From: Succinatimonas sp. CAG:777
Lineage (GTDB): Bacteria; Pseudomonadota; Gammaproteobacteria; Enterobacterales; Succinivibrionaceae
Reading direction: 5' to 3'
Assembly (NCBI GenBank): GCA_000431835.1
Contig: HF987965.1
Coordinates: 18,199 to 82,198, forward strand
DNA: 64,000 bases
Position numbers and translations under genes: made by a program. Positions 51,639 through 62,802 of the stretch are shown in pieces. The notes under the pieces are model-generated. The model was not told where the DNA came from. It made no database searches and saw only the letters and a list, made by a program, of their open reading frames with translations. The stretch's first letter is position 1; each line of letters starts with the position of its first letter.

Positions 51639-52028
51639 ATCTCATGAACATTAGCAGCAGATGCGCAGTTCAAGAGTTTTGTTAGGTGATATAAAGCTAA
51701 GAGCAAACAGTCACCATTAAGGCGACATTCACCTATATATCTGGCTACTTACAGCCAAAAAGACTTGGACAGAAAATTCAAGATTAAGTGCCTAGCATTA
51801 AGATTTTAGAGTTGATTATTTAGGTATTAACTAGGTACATTTTCATTATAGAATTGAATTTAAAAAATTCAATAAATAGGGGATTAATATTTTTTAAAAT
51901 AATATTAACTATTTAATTCTTAAATAAATTAAGAGACAAAAGATAAAAAGAGTTCGTAGTGCCTATAATCTTAATTTTTGCAACTAACAAGCAGAGATGT
52001 GAATTGACAAGAAAAAAATTTGGACTCT

Positions 52029-52060
52029 AAAAACGAAAAAAGTTCGCTTTTAGCGAACTT
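52029..52060 (-). terminator. rho-independent terminator immediately downstream of tRNA-fMet
   Basis: Minus-strand hairpin aagttcgc-taaaa-gcgaactt followed by ttttttcgtttt. Confidence 0.7.
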
Positions 52061-52068
52061 CTTGAATC

Positions 52069-52145
<77 letters not shown>

Positions 52146-52427
52146 TCAAATTGTGAGCATATGATATAGTTTGAACGCTCCAATGTCAAGCATTTTGTGA
52201 GCCAAATTCTATAATTTATAAAAATAAATTGTTTATTCAACTGTTGTTTGTGTAATAAACGTGATTTATATGCAGTTTGTATAATTTATTAAAAAAGATA
52301 AATTTCATATTGCTGTATTCGTTTCTGGGAATATCTTTTACTGTTGTAAATTTTAGAAGACAGATAATCTTAGAAAGTAAGAAAAGATCTTGAGCGTGTT
52401 TAAGAGAATGAAAGAAAGAGTTGAGAT

Positions 52428-52460
52428 TTTGACAAAATAAAGCGGAACTTAATCCGCTTC
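52428..52460 (-). terminator. rho-independent terminator after the CBM-like gene
   Basis: Hairpin aagcgga-..-tccgctt then ttattttgtc on the minus strand. Confidence 0.55.
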
Positions 52461-52481
52461 ATTCTTCATAAATAGTGAGTA

Positions 52482-52805
52482 TTAGTCACGAACTGCTGAA
52501 AATACAGAGTTATCGCCACCAAATGGGTTAGCTACATAACGCTCAGCATCCCAGTCGTTATCGTACTTAACGCTGTTGTCTTCAAAGGTGTATTTGAATC
52601 TGTACTGATATGAAGGCTGCTCGCCAGCTTTTACAGTGATTGAACCTTTGAAAGTGCCATTCTTCTGAGGCTTCATAGCAACTGGCTGCCAGCCATTGTG
52701 CTCGCATAGAAGATCGATCTTCTTAGCATTCTGTGCTGCAGTCTTTTTAATTGTGAAGGTTACAGTTACCTTATTATCTTTGGTAAACTTCTTAGAAACA
52801 CTCAT
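52482..52805 (-). CDS. small E-set/CBM48-like (glycogen-binding / isoamylase N-domain-like) protein, 107 aa
   Basis: Beta-rich sequence with the NGWQP...W motif (LLCEHNGWQPVAM...YQYRFKY...WDAERY) typical of the AMPK-beta/CBM48 fold. No signal peptide. Confidence 0.45.
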   Translation of the reverse strand: MSVSKKFTKDNKVTVTFTIKKTAAQNAKKIDLLCEHNGWQPVAMKPQKNGTFKGSITVKAGEQPSYQYRFKYTFEDNSVKYDNDWDAERYVANPFGGDNSVFSAVRD

Positions 52806-53279
52806 CGTTTTCTCCTATAGTTACAAAGCACCGGCTTTGAAAACTTGACACAACTTTCTACTACAGACGGTACTTTATTTTTATAATTTCTACACAACCT
52901 TATTGTAAGCCTTTTTTTGTGCAATTTTCTATTTTTTAACCGTAAATAGATAATATACATATTCAATGTGTGAGCTATGATAAATTTTTGTTGAGCATCA
53001 AAAAATGAAAATAATTCGATATATTAAAAAATAACATTCTGAAAAAAAAGACTATTTTTTGTAATTTTTGAATGTTTACGCCGTAAACGTTTGCAATAAA
53101 TGAAAATATTAAATTCAGATAAAACTTTATAAAACAAAAAGTTAAATAATTGTAAAATACAGATAAAAATTATTGTAATTGAATAATTATGAAGATAAGA
53201 TCAGTAAAAATGAAAATTTTTCTCGAAAGTTATTTTAGGTTGTGCCCTGTTTTGATGATTTATATCAGAGTTAACTCTA

Positions 53280-53984
53280 TTACTGTTTTTCTTTCAATTC
53301 TCTTTCAATGAGTTCTTTGGTGAAACTTCTGCGCATATAAAATCCACGCGGTCTGGTTTTTATGATTTCACCATCAGGTCCTGTACAGTCTGTAAGAGCT
53401 TTTCCATTTGCGCACTTTGGTCTTAACTGCATGATTTGACCAATACGGGCATTGATACTTTCGACGTGACCTGTTTTTACCATTTCATAGAGTTCCTCAA
53501 AGTCACTTTTTATTTGATTGAGTTGCTCTTCATTAGGAGTAAAAAAGAAATAACCTGCAATGACTCTATCTTCAAAATTCATGTCTCTTTGAGCGGTAAC
53601 TACTACAAACAGTACTCTTTTAATTTTGGAGTATAGTGCTGAGTTTTCAAAGTTTAAATGTCTGATCCCTGTAAGAGGAGCATGACAAAAGAAAGTTGAT
53701 TCTAGTGGTAATAGATTCTTATCAACAGGCAGAGTTTTTAACTCAAGACCTAATTTAGGAAAGTCTGGAATTGGTCGATTTTCAGCTGTTGCACCTAAAA
53801 CTATCTCTAAAAGCTCTCCTGTAAAACCTTTTCCATGGGTAGTGGAAATAGGCAAAGGCACATTAGCAATTTTGGCAAGTTCACTGATACTTTTACCTAC
53901 AATAGAATTTAGTGAATTGATGAGTTCTTCAAAGGTATCTGGACTTTGGGTTCTGATAATTTTGCAATTGTTAATACTCATCAA
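53280..53984 (-). CDS. mutH: DNA mismatch repair endonuclease MutH
   Basis: GELLEIVLGA...DFPKLGLELKTLPVD...LESTFFCHAPLTG is colinear with E. coli MutH (catalytic D/E-x-K core). Divergent from rppH as in E. coli. Confidence 0.9.
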   Translation of the reverse strand: MMSINNCKIIRTQSPDTFEELINSLNSIVGKSISELAKIANVPLPISTTHGKGFTGELLEIVLGATAENRPIPDFPKLGLELKTLPVDKNLLPLESTFFCHAPLTGIRHLNFENSALYSKIKRVLFVVVTAQRDMNFEDRVIAGYFFFTPNEEQLNQIKSDFEELYEMVKTGHVESINARIGQIMQLRPKCANGKALTDCTGPDGEIIKTRPRGFYMRRSFTKELIERELKEKQ

Positions 53985-54138
53985 AAAATCCTTTAAAAAT
54001 AAAGCACAAAACGAGATCTGGTCTGACTTTGAAATAGGCGTTCTCTGCTATAATACATTACAGTTGTGATTTGTTTTAAATGTAAGATTTAGTTTAAAAC
54101 AAAGATATTAAAAAGTTAAATAGACTAGGCGGTTTTCA

Positions 54139-54699
54139 GTGATAGACAAAGACGGATACAGACCTAACGTAGGTATTGTAATCTGCAACCGCAATGGTCA
54201 GGTCTTATGGGCAAGACGCATCAGACAGAACTCCTGGCAATTTCCTCAAGGAGGAGTTGACTATGGTGAGACTCCTGAAGATGCCATGTACCGTGAGCTC
54301 TATGAAGAACTTGGTTTACAAAAAAGTGATGTTAGACTTTTAGCCTCAACAAAATTTTGGCTTAAATACAGACTGCCAAAAAGACTGGTCCGTTGGAATG
54401 AAAAGCCTGTATGCATAGGTCAAAAGCAAAAGTGGTATTTGTTAACCTTATGCTCAGATAAATCAAGTCACATAGAGTTTTCCCGCGAAGGTCATCCTGA
54501 GTTTGATGACTGGAGATGGGTAAGTTACTGGTATCCAGTAAGACAAGTGGTTGCTTTTAAAAGGGATGTTTACAGAAAGGTGCTGACATTCTTTTCTCAG
54601 GATGCATTGTTTGGACACAACTTTTTCGAAAAAACTGAAAAGTTTGAGAAAAACGATAGACGTGAGAAAAAATTCGGCAAGAACAGGAGAGGAAGCTGA
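54139..54699 (+). CDS. rppH: RNA pyrophosphohydrolase RppH (NudH); GTG start
   Basis: [35 protein letters not shown] plus the Nudix box [17 protein letters not shown], near-identical to the E. coli RppH N-terminus. Confidence 0.9.
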   Translation: MIDKDGYRPNVGIVICNRNGQVLWARRIRQNSWQFPQGGVDYGETPEDAMYRELYEELGLQKSDVRLLASTKFWLKYRLPKRLVRWNEKPVCIGQKQKWYLLTLCSDKSSHIEFSREGHPEFDDWRWVSYWYPVRQVVAFKRDVYRKVLTFFSQDALFGHNFFEKTEKFEKNDRREKKFGKNRRGS

Positions 54700-54701
54700 A
54701 A

Positions 54702-56990
54702 GTGGAAGAAAATCAAAATTCAATCCTTCTAGCTTTACGCCAGATCATTCAAGAAGTATCAACAAAGAGCTCTTTTGAAGATACTGTGACAACTCTAGTA
54801 GATAGAATTCGCAGCACAACCCATGCTGACTGCTGCTCTTTATATCTATTAAATCCTAGAAAATCTTTATTAAGACTTGCTGCAACAGATGGTCTGCAAA
54901 AAGACTCTATTGGCAAAGCTTCCTTGCAAGTAGGTGAAGGTTTGGTAGGTTTAGTTGCTAAAAAGCAGGAACTGTTAAATCTTGCAGATGCTCCTTCTCA
55001 TCCAAACTTTAAGTACCTTCCTGATGTAGGTGAAGATGAGTTCTTATCATTCCTAGGTGTGCCTGTAATTAACCAAGGTGAACTTTTAGGTGTCCTAGTT
55101 ATCCAGTGTAAAGAGAACAGACAGTTTACAGAACTGGAAGAAACCTTCTTAATCACTCTGTCAGCTCAGATTGCTTCAATCATTTCTGTAAATAAGTCAG
55201 AAAAAGAAACCAGCTCTGATTTTAATAACGGTAAACGTTACAAAGGTAAGACAGGCTCAGGCTCGATTGCTATTGCTCAGGCTGTAGTCTGGAAACCACC
55301 TGTTAACTTTGAAACTATGCAGATCATGTATTCTGATGATAAGGATATTCAGTCAGAATTATTCCATCAGACCATTTTTCAGCTACAAACTGAAATGGAT
55401 TTAGCTAATCTGCATCTACAGGAAACTTCTCATACTGAGGCTGCATCTGGCTATATGTCAGGCTATGGTAGTATGCTTGATGATCAGACTTTTGAAGATG
55501 AGGTTGATAACGAGATCTTCTCACAGGGTTATGTAGCTGCATCTGCAATTAAAGTCGTAGCACAAAGACGTATGGATGAAGCTAAAGCTCAAAATCAGAC
55601 TGATAAAGTTCGTGATATCCGTGACTTTGCCTCCATCTTAATCACAAGACTGGTTCATTTAGCTCCAAAAGAGACTGATGTAACCTCTCCAATTGTCTTA
55701 GTGGTAAAGAGCATGCCGGCTGCCGTGGTAGCTCAAATGCCTCAAGACAAGGTCGCTGGTTTCGTCTGTGTGGATAATGCTACCTCTGCCCATACTGCAA
55801 TCTTAGCAAGAGATCTTGGAATTCCTGCTGTAATCGATGTAAAACTTGATTTAAACGACGTTGATGGAAGGACCATCATCGTTGATGGTCAGAATGCTGA
55901 GGTTATCGTTGACCCATCATCAAGTGTGGTTGATGAGTATATGCAGTTGATTTCTCAGTCTCGTCAGTTACATGATCTCTTTGAAAGTGTGAAGTTTGAA
56001 AAGGGCGTAACTTTAGACGGCAATAAAATTACCATTCAGTTGAACGCAGGTCTAAATCATGAGGATGACGATCTGGCAATTCAAACTGATGGTATCGGTT
56101 TGTACAGAACTGAAATTGCTTTCATGCTAAGCTCATCTCTGCCATCTGAAGAACAGCAGATTTCATGGTATAAGACTTTACTCTCCCAGTTTAAAGGTTT
56201 ACCTGTCTGCATGAGAACTTTAGATATTGGTGGAGACAAGAGCTTGCCTTACTTACCAATCGAAGAGGACCAAAACCCTGCTTTAGGCTGGAGAGGTATT
56301 AGAGTTTGTATCGATCAGCCTAATATCTTAAAGACTCAGCTTCGTGCCATGATCATAGCTAATCAGGAATTTGGCAATCTTGAAATCATGTTACCTATGG
56401 TCTCAAGATTAGAAGAAGTCTTAATCGTAAAGAGGATCTTAAATGAGTCCTTAAAAGAGGTCGCAGAACAAACCGGTAAAGAGGTGGTTCGTCCTCGCTT
56501 TGGTGTCATGATTGAAGTCCCATGTGTAGCTTTCATCTTAAATGAGCTGGCTGCAGAATGTGATTTCTTCTCTATAGGTTCAAACGATTTAATTCAGTAT
56601 TTATTCGCAGCTGACAGATCAAATCCAAAGGTATCTAAGATCTTTGATCCGTTTAATCCTGCTGCAGTAAGATGCCTGAAGTATTTAATCGATAGAACTA
56701 CAGAGGTAGGTAAACCTCTGTCAGTCTGCGGTGAGCTAGCAGGCTCTCCTGTAGGCTCATTACTTTTAATGTCATTAGGCTATAGCAATCTCTCTATGAA
56801 TTATTCACAGATTGCTAGAGTTAAATATATTGCCCGTCATGTTAATCTGCAGGATCTGCTAAGCATCGGCAAGATGGCTCTAACTTTAAACTCAAGTGTA
56901 AAGATTAAGAGCCTATATATTGAATATGCAAAATCTCAAGGTCTATCCTCAGTCATAGATCCAAAGAACTATAACCAGAACAGGAGCTAA
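54702..56990 (+). CDS. ptsP: phosphoenolpyruvate-protein phosphotransferase PtsP (EI-Ntr, GAF + EI domains); GTG start
   Basis: N-terminal GAF domain, then PEP-utilising enzyme motifs (GG..SHTAILAR..GIPAV, ..NDLIQY). rppH-ptsP order as in E. coli. Confidence 0.9.
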   Translation: MEENQNSILLALRQIIQEVSTKSSFEDTVTTLVDRIRSTTHADCCSLYLLNPRKSLLRLAATDGLQKDSIGKASLQVGEGLVGLVAKKQELLNLADAPSHPNFKYLPDVGEDEFLSFLGVPVINQGELLGVLVIQCKENRQFTELEETFLITLSAQIASIISVNKSEKETSSDFNNGKRYKGKTGSGSIAIAQAVVWKPPVNFETMQIMYSDDKDIQSELFHQTIFQLQTEMDLANLHLQETSHTEAASGYMSGYGSMLDDQTFEDEVDNEIFSQGYVAASAIKVVAQRRMDEAKAQNQTDKVRDIRDFASILITRLVHLAPKETDVTSPIVLVVKSMPAAVVAQMPQDKVAGFVCVDNATSAHTAILARDLGIPAVIDVKLDLNDVDGRTIIVDGQNAEVIVDPSSSVVDEYMQLISQSRQLHDLFESVKFEKGVTLDGNKITIQLNAGLNHEDDDLAIQTDGIGLYRTEIAFMLSSSLPSEEQQISWYKTLLSQFKGLPVCMRTLDIGGDKSLPYLPIEEDQNPALGWRGIRVCIDQPNILKTQLRAMIIANQEFGNLEIMLPMVSRLEEVLIVKRILNESLKEVAEQTGKEVVRPRFGVMIEVPCVAFILNELAAECDFFSIGSNDLIQYLFAADRSNPKVSKIFDPFNPAAVRCLKYLIDRTTEVGKPLSVCGELAGSPVGSLLLMSLGYSNLSMNYSQIARVKYIARHVNLQDLLSIGKMALTLNSSVKIKSLYIEYAKSQGLSSVIDPKNYNQNRS

Positions 56991-56992
56991 GT

Positions 56993-57787
56993 GTGCAAGT
57001 TTATTTAGATTTATTAAAGAAGATCATGGAAGAAGGTACTGACAGAAGTGACAGAACAGGCACTGGTACCCGCTCCATTTTCGGAACTCAAATGAGATTT
57101 AACCTAGAAAAAGGTTTCCCATTAGTAACTACTAAAAAGTGCCACTTAAAGTCTATTATCCATGAGCTTTTATGGTTTATCTCAGGCTCTACTAACATCA
57201 AATACCTGCAGGAAAACGGTGTTCGTATTTGGAATGAATGGGCCGATGAAAACGGTGATTTGGGGCCTGTTTACGGTAAACAGTGGCGTGACTTTGAAAC
57301 ACCTGATGGCAGACATATCGACCAATTATCAAATGCTATCGACTTAATTAAACATCACCCAGAATCAAGACGTATTATCGTTTGTGCCTGGAATCCATCA
57401 GATGTGGACAAGATGGCTCTACCTCCATGTCATACTCTATATCAGTTCTATGTGGCTAATGGTAAGCTCTCATGTCAGCTTTATCAGAGAAGTGCTGATA
57501 TGTTCTTAGGTGTGCCATTTAACATTGCAAGCTATGCTCTTTTGACCATGATGGTAGCTAAAGAGTGCGACTTAGGTTTAGGTGACTTTGTTTGGTCTGG
57601 TGGTGATACTCATATCTATAAGAACCACTTTGAGCAGGTAGAACTGCAGTTATCTCGTACTCCAAGAGCTCTGCCTACTATGAATATCTTACGTAAAGCT
57701 CCATCTATTTTTGATTACAAATATGAGGACTTTGAATTAACAGGATATGATCCATATCCTGCAATTAAAGCTCAGGTATCTGTTTAG
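56993..57787 (+). CDS. thyA: thymidylate synthase ThyA (264 aa); GTG start
   Basis: Near-identical to E. coli ThyA (RTGTGT.SIFG.QMRF, LPPCH active-site Cys, [16 protein letters not shown]). Confidence 0.95.
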   Translation: MQVYLDLLKKIMEEGTDRSDRTGTGTRSIFGTQMRFNLEKGFPLVTTKKCHLKSIIHELLWFISGSTNIKYLQENGVRIWNEWADENGDLGPVYGKQWRDFETPDGRHIDQLSNAIDLIKHHPESRRIIVCAWNPSDVDKMALPPCHTLYQFYVANGKLSCQLYQRSADMFLGVPFNIASYALLTMMVAKECDLGLGDFVWSGGDTHIYKNHFEQVELQLSRTPRALPTMNILRKAPSIFDYKYEDFELTGYDPYPAIKAQVSV

Positions 57788-57848
57788 TCTTTAAAGCGTA
57801 ATTTAAAGTAAACAGTAACGAGTAAAGTTCATTAGTTAAGAGAAGAGA

Positions 57849-58115
57849 ATGGTAGAAGTTTCAGGAAAAGTAAAATGGCAGTCAAGACGCGGTATGCGTG
57901 AGCTTGATTTAATGTTACTGCCATTTGTAGATATTGATTTACCAAAATGTGACGAACAGATGCTCAATGATTATGTTGATCTTCTAGAAGCATCTGATCT
58001 TGAGTTGGTGCGCTGGTTTAACGGCACCGAAGAGGCAAATACCGAAAGTCGCCGCAAGGTTATTGAATTTATTAAAAAGTGCCATGCAACACGCATGGGT
58101 AAAGAGGGCGTTTAA
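57849..58115 (+). CDS. sdhE: FAD assembly factor SdhE (YgfY/CptB family)
   Basis: RGMRELDLMLLPF motif (the RGxxE motif of SdhE). 88 aa. Confidence 0.8.
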   Translation: MVEVSGKVKWQSRRGMRELDLMLLPFVDIDLPKCDEQMLNDYVDLLEASDLELVRWFNGTEEANTESRRKVIEFIKKCHATRMGKEGV

Positions 58116-59476
58116 TGCTGTTTTCAGAATTTGGTCTTCCAGATTTTTTAGTTGAGAATATTGAAAAATTAGGTTGGGATAAGCCTACACCTATTCAAAC
58201 TCTAGTTATTCCTAAAGCACTAGAAGGTGCAGACATTTTAGGCGGAGCTCCAACCGGTACTGGTAAGAGTGCTGCTTTCTTATTACCTGTAATTGCAAGA
58301 CTGTCGCTTGAGAAAAAGCCTGGTGTCAGAGCAATTATCCTAGAGCCCACCAGAGAGCTGGCGCTACAGGTTGAAAATGTCTGCCAGGCTTTAATTGAAG
58401 GCTATAACGATTTATCAGCAGGTACTATCATCGGAGGTGGCAGCAGAGAGATTGAGCGCGAAAATCCAAGCTCAATTATTGCGGCAACTCCAGGCAGACT
58501 TATTGAATACATCGAAAAAGGCTGGCTCGACACCTCAACTGTACAGATGTATGTCATCGATGAAGCTGACAGAATGTTAGATATGGGCTTTAGAGATGAT
58601 GTCGCTAAAATTACTCGTGAGCTCTATAACCGTTATCAGACCCTGTTATTCTCTGCAACTCTAGAAGGCTCTGGCATTGAGGATTTTGCATCTTCCGTCT
58701 TAAATGATCCTCTTGAGGTCAGAATTGGTGCCGGCGGTGAAGAGGATGAAGTTTTACCTGAAGAACTGCAGTCTCGTGCCTATTACGCAGCAGGCGACCC
58801 TCAGAAATTAAAGATCCTAGTGCACTTGCTTACTACTATCAAAGGCAAGTCTATTGTCTTTGTAAAGACTAAAGAGAGATTACAGAGATTAGAAGCTTCA
58901 TTACGCAGAAAAGGCTTTAAGTGTGCAAGTCTTCAAGGCTCTATTTCAATGACTGAAAGAAAAGCTGCTCTGCGTAAGTTCAACGAGGGTGAGAGTGATA
59001 TCTTAATTGCAACTGATGTAGCTTCCCGAGGTCTTGATCTTCCGGATGTAACTCATGTTTACAATTTTGATATTCCTGCTAATGCTGCAATTTATGTACA
59101 CAGAGCTGGTCGTACAGCAAGAGCCGGTGCTCAAGGTGTGGTTACTACATTAGTTATGGCCAATGAAATTGGCTTTTTAGAGAAGCTTGAGCGTTACACA
59201 GGTAAAGCTATTGAAAAGAGAGCTATTAAAAACGTCTGTGCTGTTTTCCCTGTAAAAGATCCTAGTGCTCCACGTCAGTCTGAAAAGAAACGGTCACGCG
59301 CAAGCATCGGTGGTAACGGTGGATTTGACAAGAAAGTAAAAGATGAGGAAAAGAAGCCTCATAAAAAGAACAGACTTCGTGATAAAAAGAATAAAGGTAA
59401 ACCAGATTTTGCAGCTAAGAGAGCTAAAAAAGCTCTAAGAGCAAAAGCTAAAGAACAAGCTTCAAAATCTGAATAG
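58115..59476 (+). CDS. DEAD-box ATP-dependent RNA helicase (SrmB/RhlE-like) with basic C-terminal tail
   Basis: Q-motif (PTPIQ), Walla A APTGTGKS, DEAD (VIDEAD), SAT, HRAGRTARAG. Lys/Arg-rich C-terminus. Confidence 0.9.
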   Translation: MLFSEFGLPDFLVENIEKLGWDKPTPIQTLVIPKALEGADILGGAPTGTGKSAAFLLPVIARLSLEKKPGVRAIILEPTRELALQVENVCQALIEGYNDLSAGTIIGGGSREIERENPSSIIAATPGRLIEYIEKGWLDTSTVQMYVIDEADRMLDMGFRDDVAKITRELYNRYQTLLFSATLEGSGIEDFASSVLNDPLEVRIGAGGEEDEVLPEELQSRAYYAAGDPQKLKILVHLLTTIKGKSIVFVKTKERLQRLEASLRRKGFKCASLQGSISMTERKAALRKFNEGESDILIATDVASRGLDLPDVTHVYNFDIPANAAIYVHRAGRTARAGAQGVVTTLVMANEIGFLEKLERYTGKAIEKRAIKNVCAVFPVKDPSAPRQSEKKRSRASIGGNGGFDKKVKDEEKKPHKKNRLRDKKNKGKPDFAAKRAKKALRAKAKEQASKSE

Positions 59477-59510
59477 CCTTTAAATTAGATAAGATATAAA
59501 AGGACGCATC

Positions 59511-60671
59511 ATGGCAGTAACAATCATTAAAAATGCCAAACTCCATGTAACCTCAGAGGAGTTTGTTGACGCCACATCACTAGCAATCATGGATCATAGA
59601 ATTGTACCTATGGATCCAGGTCTTTTAGAGGATGGTACTGCCGAAGAAATCGATGTTAAAGGACTTCACGTATGTCCTGGCTTTATCGATCTCTTAGTTA
59701 ATGGTTGTGCGGGTGTTTCATTTGGTCAGACTCCATCTATTGAAGCTCTAGAGCAGATGCGTCGTTATTTAACTCAACATGGTACAACTACCTTTGTGCC
59801 TACTTTAATCTCAGGTCCTCGTGAGAACTACACAAAGGCTATGGCAGCTGTCGCCGAGTTTAAAGAAAAGCATCCTTCGATCTGTCCTGGTATCCACTTA
59901 GAAGGTCCTTTTATTTCTCAATTACATAAAGGTTTTCATCCATCTGGATATATAAGACCATTAGGTCAGACTGATCTTGATTCATTAAGAGTTCAAAAAG
60001 ATATCATTGCCTATATGACTATCGCACCAGAGGTTGTAAAGGCAAAGAATATCATTGAGTTATTACAGAGCAAAATCACTTTGTCATTAGGTCATACAGC
60101 AACTAGCTATTTTGAGGCTATGCAGTCTTTTAAGGCTGGTGTTACAAATGTAACCCACCTTTTCAATGGCATGCGACCTCCAGTAGGCAGAGAGCCTGGC
60201 TTAGTAGGAGCCGCTTTGCAAAGTGAAAAAGTCTTTGCAAGTATTATTGCTGACGGCAAGCATGTTCACCCATCTTTAGTAAAACTAGCACATAAAGTAC
60301 TAGGTGACAGACTCTACATTGTCTCTGATGCTCAGCCTGTAGCAGGTATGCCAAAGACTCCTCAATCTTTCATTGTCGGTGCTACGGAAGTCTTTGTTGA
60401 TAAGCGTGGACTTATCGATGCAAAAGGCGCATATGCCGGTACTAGTATCTGTATGATGGATGGTGTGAAGTTCTTAATTCAAAGTTGTGGCTTCAGCCTT
60501 GATGAGGCTCTGCTTGCTGCAACCTATACCCCAGCAAGAGCCATCGGTTTGCAGGATATGGGTAGAATTGAAGGTGGCTTTATCGCCGATCTGGTTATCT
60601 TTGATGATGACTTTAGAATTCAGTACGTGGTTCAAAATGGCTTTGTTAAGAGTATTGCTGAGTTAGTTTAA
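59511..60671 (+). CDS. nagA: N-acetylglucosamine-6-phosphate deacetylase, paralog 2 (386 aa, E. coli NagA-like)
   Basis: PGFIDLLVNGCAGVSF (compare E. coli SPGFIDVQLNGCGGVQF), HLEGPF, FNGM. Confidence 0.85.
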   Translation: MAVTIIKNAKLHVTSEEFVDATSLAIMDHRIVPMDPGLLEDGTAEEIDVKGLHVCPGFIDLLVNGCAGVSFGQTPSIEALEQMRRYLTQHGTTTFVPTLISGPRENYTKAMAAVAEFKEKHPSICPGIHLEGPFISQLHKGFHPSGYIRPLGQTDLDSLRVQKDIIAYMTIAPEVVKAKNIIELLQSKITLSLGHTATSYFEAMQSFKAGVTNVTHLFNGMRPPVGREPGLVGAALQSEKVFASIIADGKHVHPSLVKLAHKVLGDRLYIVSDAQPVAGMPKTPQSFIVGATEVFVDKRGLIDAKGAYAGTSICMMDGVKFLIQSCGFSLDEALLAATYTPARAIGLQDMGRIEGGFIADLVIFDDDFRIQYVVQNGFVKSIAELV

Positions 60672-60672
60672 T

Positions 60673-61614
60673 ATGGAAAACATCTTAGACAGAATCGCAG
60701 CTGAAACTGATCTTACAAAGTCAGAGAGAAAAGTAGCTGCTACTATTCTCAAAAATCCAGCATTAGTTGTAAACGAGAATATTGCACAGTTAGCTAAAAG
60801 AGCACAGGTCTCAGAACCATCTATTTGCAGATTCTGCAAGCGCTTTGGAGCTGAGGGATTCCCTGCATTTAAACTGATTCTAAGTGCTACAGTTTCTGCT
60901 GAGAACTTAAAGAAAGTTGAAGCTGTAAAGCAAGGTGATACCGTAGGAGATGTGATTTCAAAAGTCATAGGTGCTGCTAAAAACTCTGTATCTAGTGCCG
61001 AGCGCGCAACCGATGAAGGAACTATTGCAAGAGCAATTGATGTTGTCAGTCAGTCTCGTCGCATCGTAGTTTTATCTCAAGGTTTAACCTCATTTATCGG
61101 TGTTGATTTTGTAAACAGAATGCTAAATTTAGGCTTCTTTTGCCAAGCCTATACTGACAGACAGTCAATGATGTTAGCAGTCTCCTCTCTACGTTCAGGT
61201 GATGTAGTTTTAGCAATCTCAGCTACAGGTAAGAATAAAGATGTCTTAGAGGCCTCTCTTGAAGCTCGTGCCACAGGTTCATGTGTCTTAGCAATCTGTC
61301 CTGAAGAAACACCAATCAGTGAGTGTGCAACAGTTCACTTAAAATCAGCTGAGAGTGTAAGCCCTGAGGATGACAGTATCTTTGCAAACAGGCTGTCTTT
61401 AATGCTGTGCTCTCAGATCATCATTGGTGGCGTAGTTCTGCGTCGTGGAATTGCAATCTCTGATCTTAAGCCAAAGCTAAAAGAAACTAGATTAAAATCC
61501 TATGTGGGAGTGGAAAAAGAAGAACCCGAAAGCTCTGCTCCAAAAGATGATAATGACGATGGTTCATTAAAGCCAGGAGCTCCTATTACTACCTTAGATT
61601 GGCATCCTTACTAG
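60673..61614 (+). CDS. RpiR/MurR-family transcriptional regulator (HTH_6 + SIS domain) with about 40-aa C-terminal extension
   Basis: N-terminal LTKSERKVAATIL...IAQLAKRAQVSEPSICRFCKRFG (HTH_6). SIS sugar-phosphate-binding domain. Adjacent to nagA. Confidence 0.85.
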   Translation: MENILDRIAAETDLTKSERKVAATILKNPALVVNENIAQLAKRAQVSEPSICRFCKRFGAEGFPAFKLILSATVSAENLKKVEAVKQGDTVGDVISKVIGAAKNSVSSAERATDEGTIARAIDVVSQSRRIVVLSQGLTSFIGVDFVNRMLNLGFFCQAYTDRQSMMLAVSSLRSGDVVLAISATGKNKDVLEASLEARATGSCVLAICPEETPISECATVHLKSAESVSPEDDSIFANRLSLMLCSQIIIGGVVLRRGIAISDLKPKLKETRLKSYVGVEKEEPESSAPKDDNDDGSLKPGAPITTLDWHPY

Positions 61615-61785
61615 AAGAGCATATCTTTAAAGTAAAGCGTATCTTGCTATACAGAAGCGGAAATATAGACAATCTTAGTTTTGAATCATCATTTTGTAAA
61701 ACATAGTATTTTTTCTTCAGAACAATTAATATTAGTCACTTAAAAAAGAAAATTCTTTAAATTGCCTATATAATCTAAATTAAGG

Positions 61786-62469
61786 TTGCAGGGAATTATT
61801 GGTATGAAAAAAATAGGCGATACTGGTTCATTTAAAAATTTCTATGAAAATAATAGAATTTATATAGATAAAACAGAATATCTTTATAGAATGCTAGTAG
61901 ACAATCCTCTAGAAAGAATATTTGTCTCAAGGCCTCGCCGCTTTGGTAAATCTCTTACCCTAGATACTGTAGCAACTCTATTTGAATCAGGCGTCGAGCC
62001 CTACTTTAAAGGCACCTGGATTTATGATAAATGGACAGAGCCTACTTATCCAGTATTTAGATTAAATCTGATTGAATATCCAAAGGATGACCTTATAGAA
62101 TTTAAAAGACGACTCATCAAAGATATTTCAAACTTTGCGTTTTTAAACAAAGTAAAAAATTATTTTGAAGATTTCTCCCCAACTGGCTCACTAAAAAGTT
62201 TATTAGAAGCATTAGCAATAGAGCACAGAAAAATAGTCCTTTTAATTGATGAATATGACTGTCAGCTAACAGCAAACATCAATAACAAAAAAATCTACGA
62301 TTCTTTCCAAGAGTTTTTAAGAAAATTTTACGGAATAATCAAAGGCAAGTATGCCATAAGATTCTTAGGTGTGACGGGAGTAACAAGATTAAAAGATGTA
62401 TCAATCTTTTCAGTTGGCTCTGATATCAACGATATCACTAATGACAGTGCCTATTCTCAGGTGTCGTAA
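61786..62469 (+). CDS. AAA-ATPase-like (PF09820-type) protein, 3'-truncated (227 aa; lacks the C-terminal PD-(D/E)XK domain)
   Basis: FYENNRIYIDKTEYLYRML......FVSRPRRFGKSLTLDT..TLFE and LLIDEYDCQL match the N-terminal domain of the family. The ORF ends abruptly and is followed by about 330 bp of noncoding sequence. Confidence 0.6.
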   Translation: MQGIIGMKKIGDTGSFKNFYENNRIYIDKTEYLYRMLVDNPLERIFVSRPRRFGKSLTLDTVATLFESGVEPYFKGTWIYDKWTEPTYPVFRLNLIEYPKDDLIEFKRRLIKDISNFAFLNKVKNYFEDFSPTGSLKSLLEALAIEHRKIVLLIDEYDCQLTANINNKKIYDSFQEFLRKFYGIIKGKYAIRFLGVTGVTRLKDVSIFSVGSDINDITNDSAYSQVS

Positions 62470-62802
62470 CTCACCAATGATCTGGTGACCCTTCAATAGT
62501 AGCACGTTTAACTAAATGTTTCATAAGAATAAAAAAGAATATTTCGCCGTTGGGGTATCGGTCATAACTAAAAAGTGACTTAAAAAACATTAATTACGTA
62601 AATTTTCATGCTGAAAGTACTGATACATCAATATCGCCGATCAAAATTATTTTTGAAATTTTGAATATCAGATTTTTCTAGTAGATTCAGATAGTTAAAG
62701 AGAGATTACAAGAAATTACAAAAGGGCATTTTTGCTACGGCGAAAAATCCGAAAAATAATATTTAAGATCTATGTATTAACTTTAATGGGGTCTATATAG
62801 GT

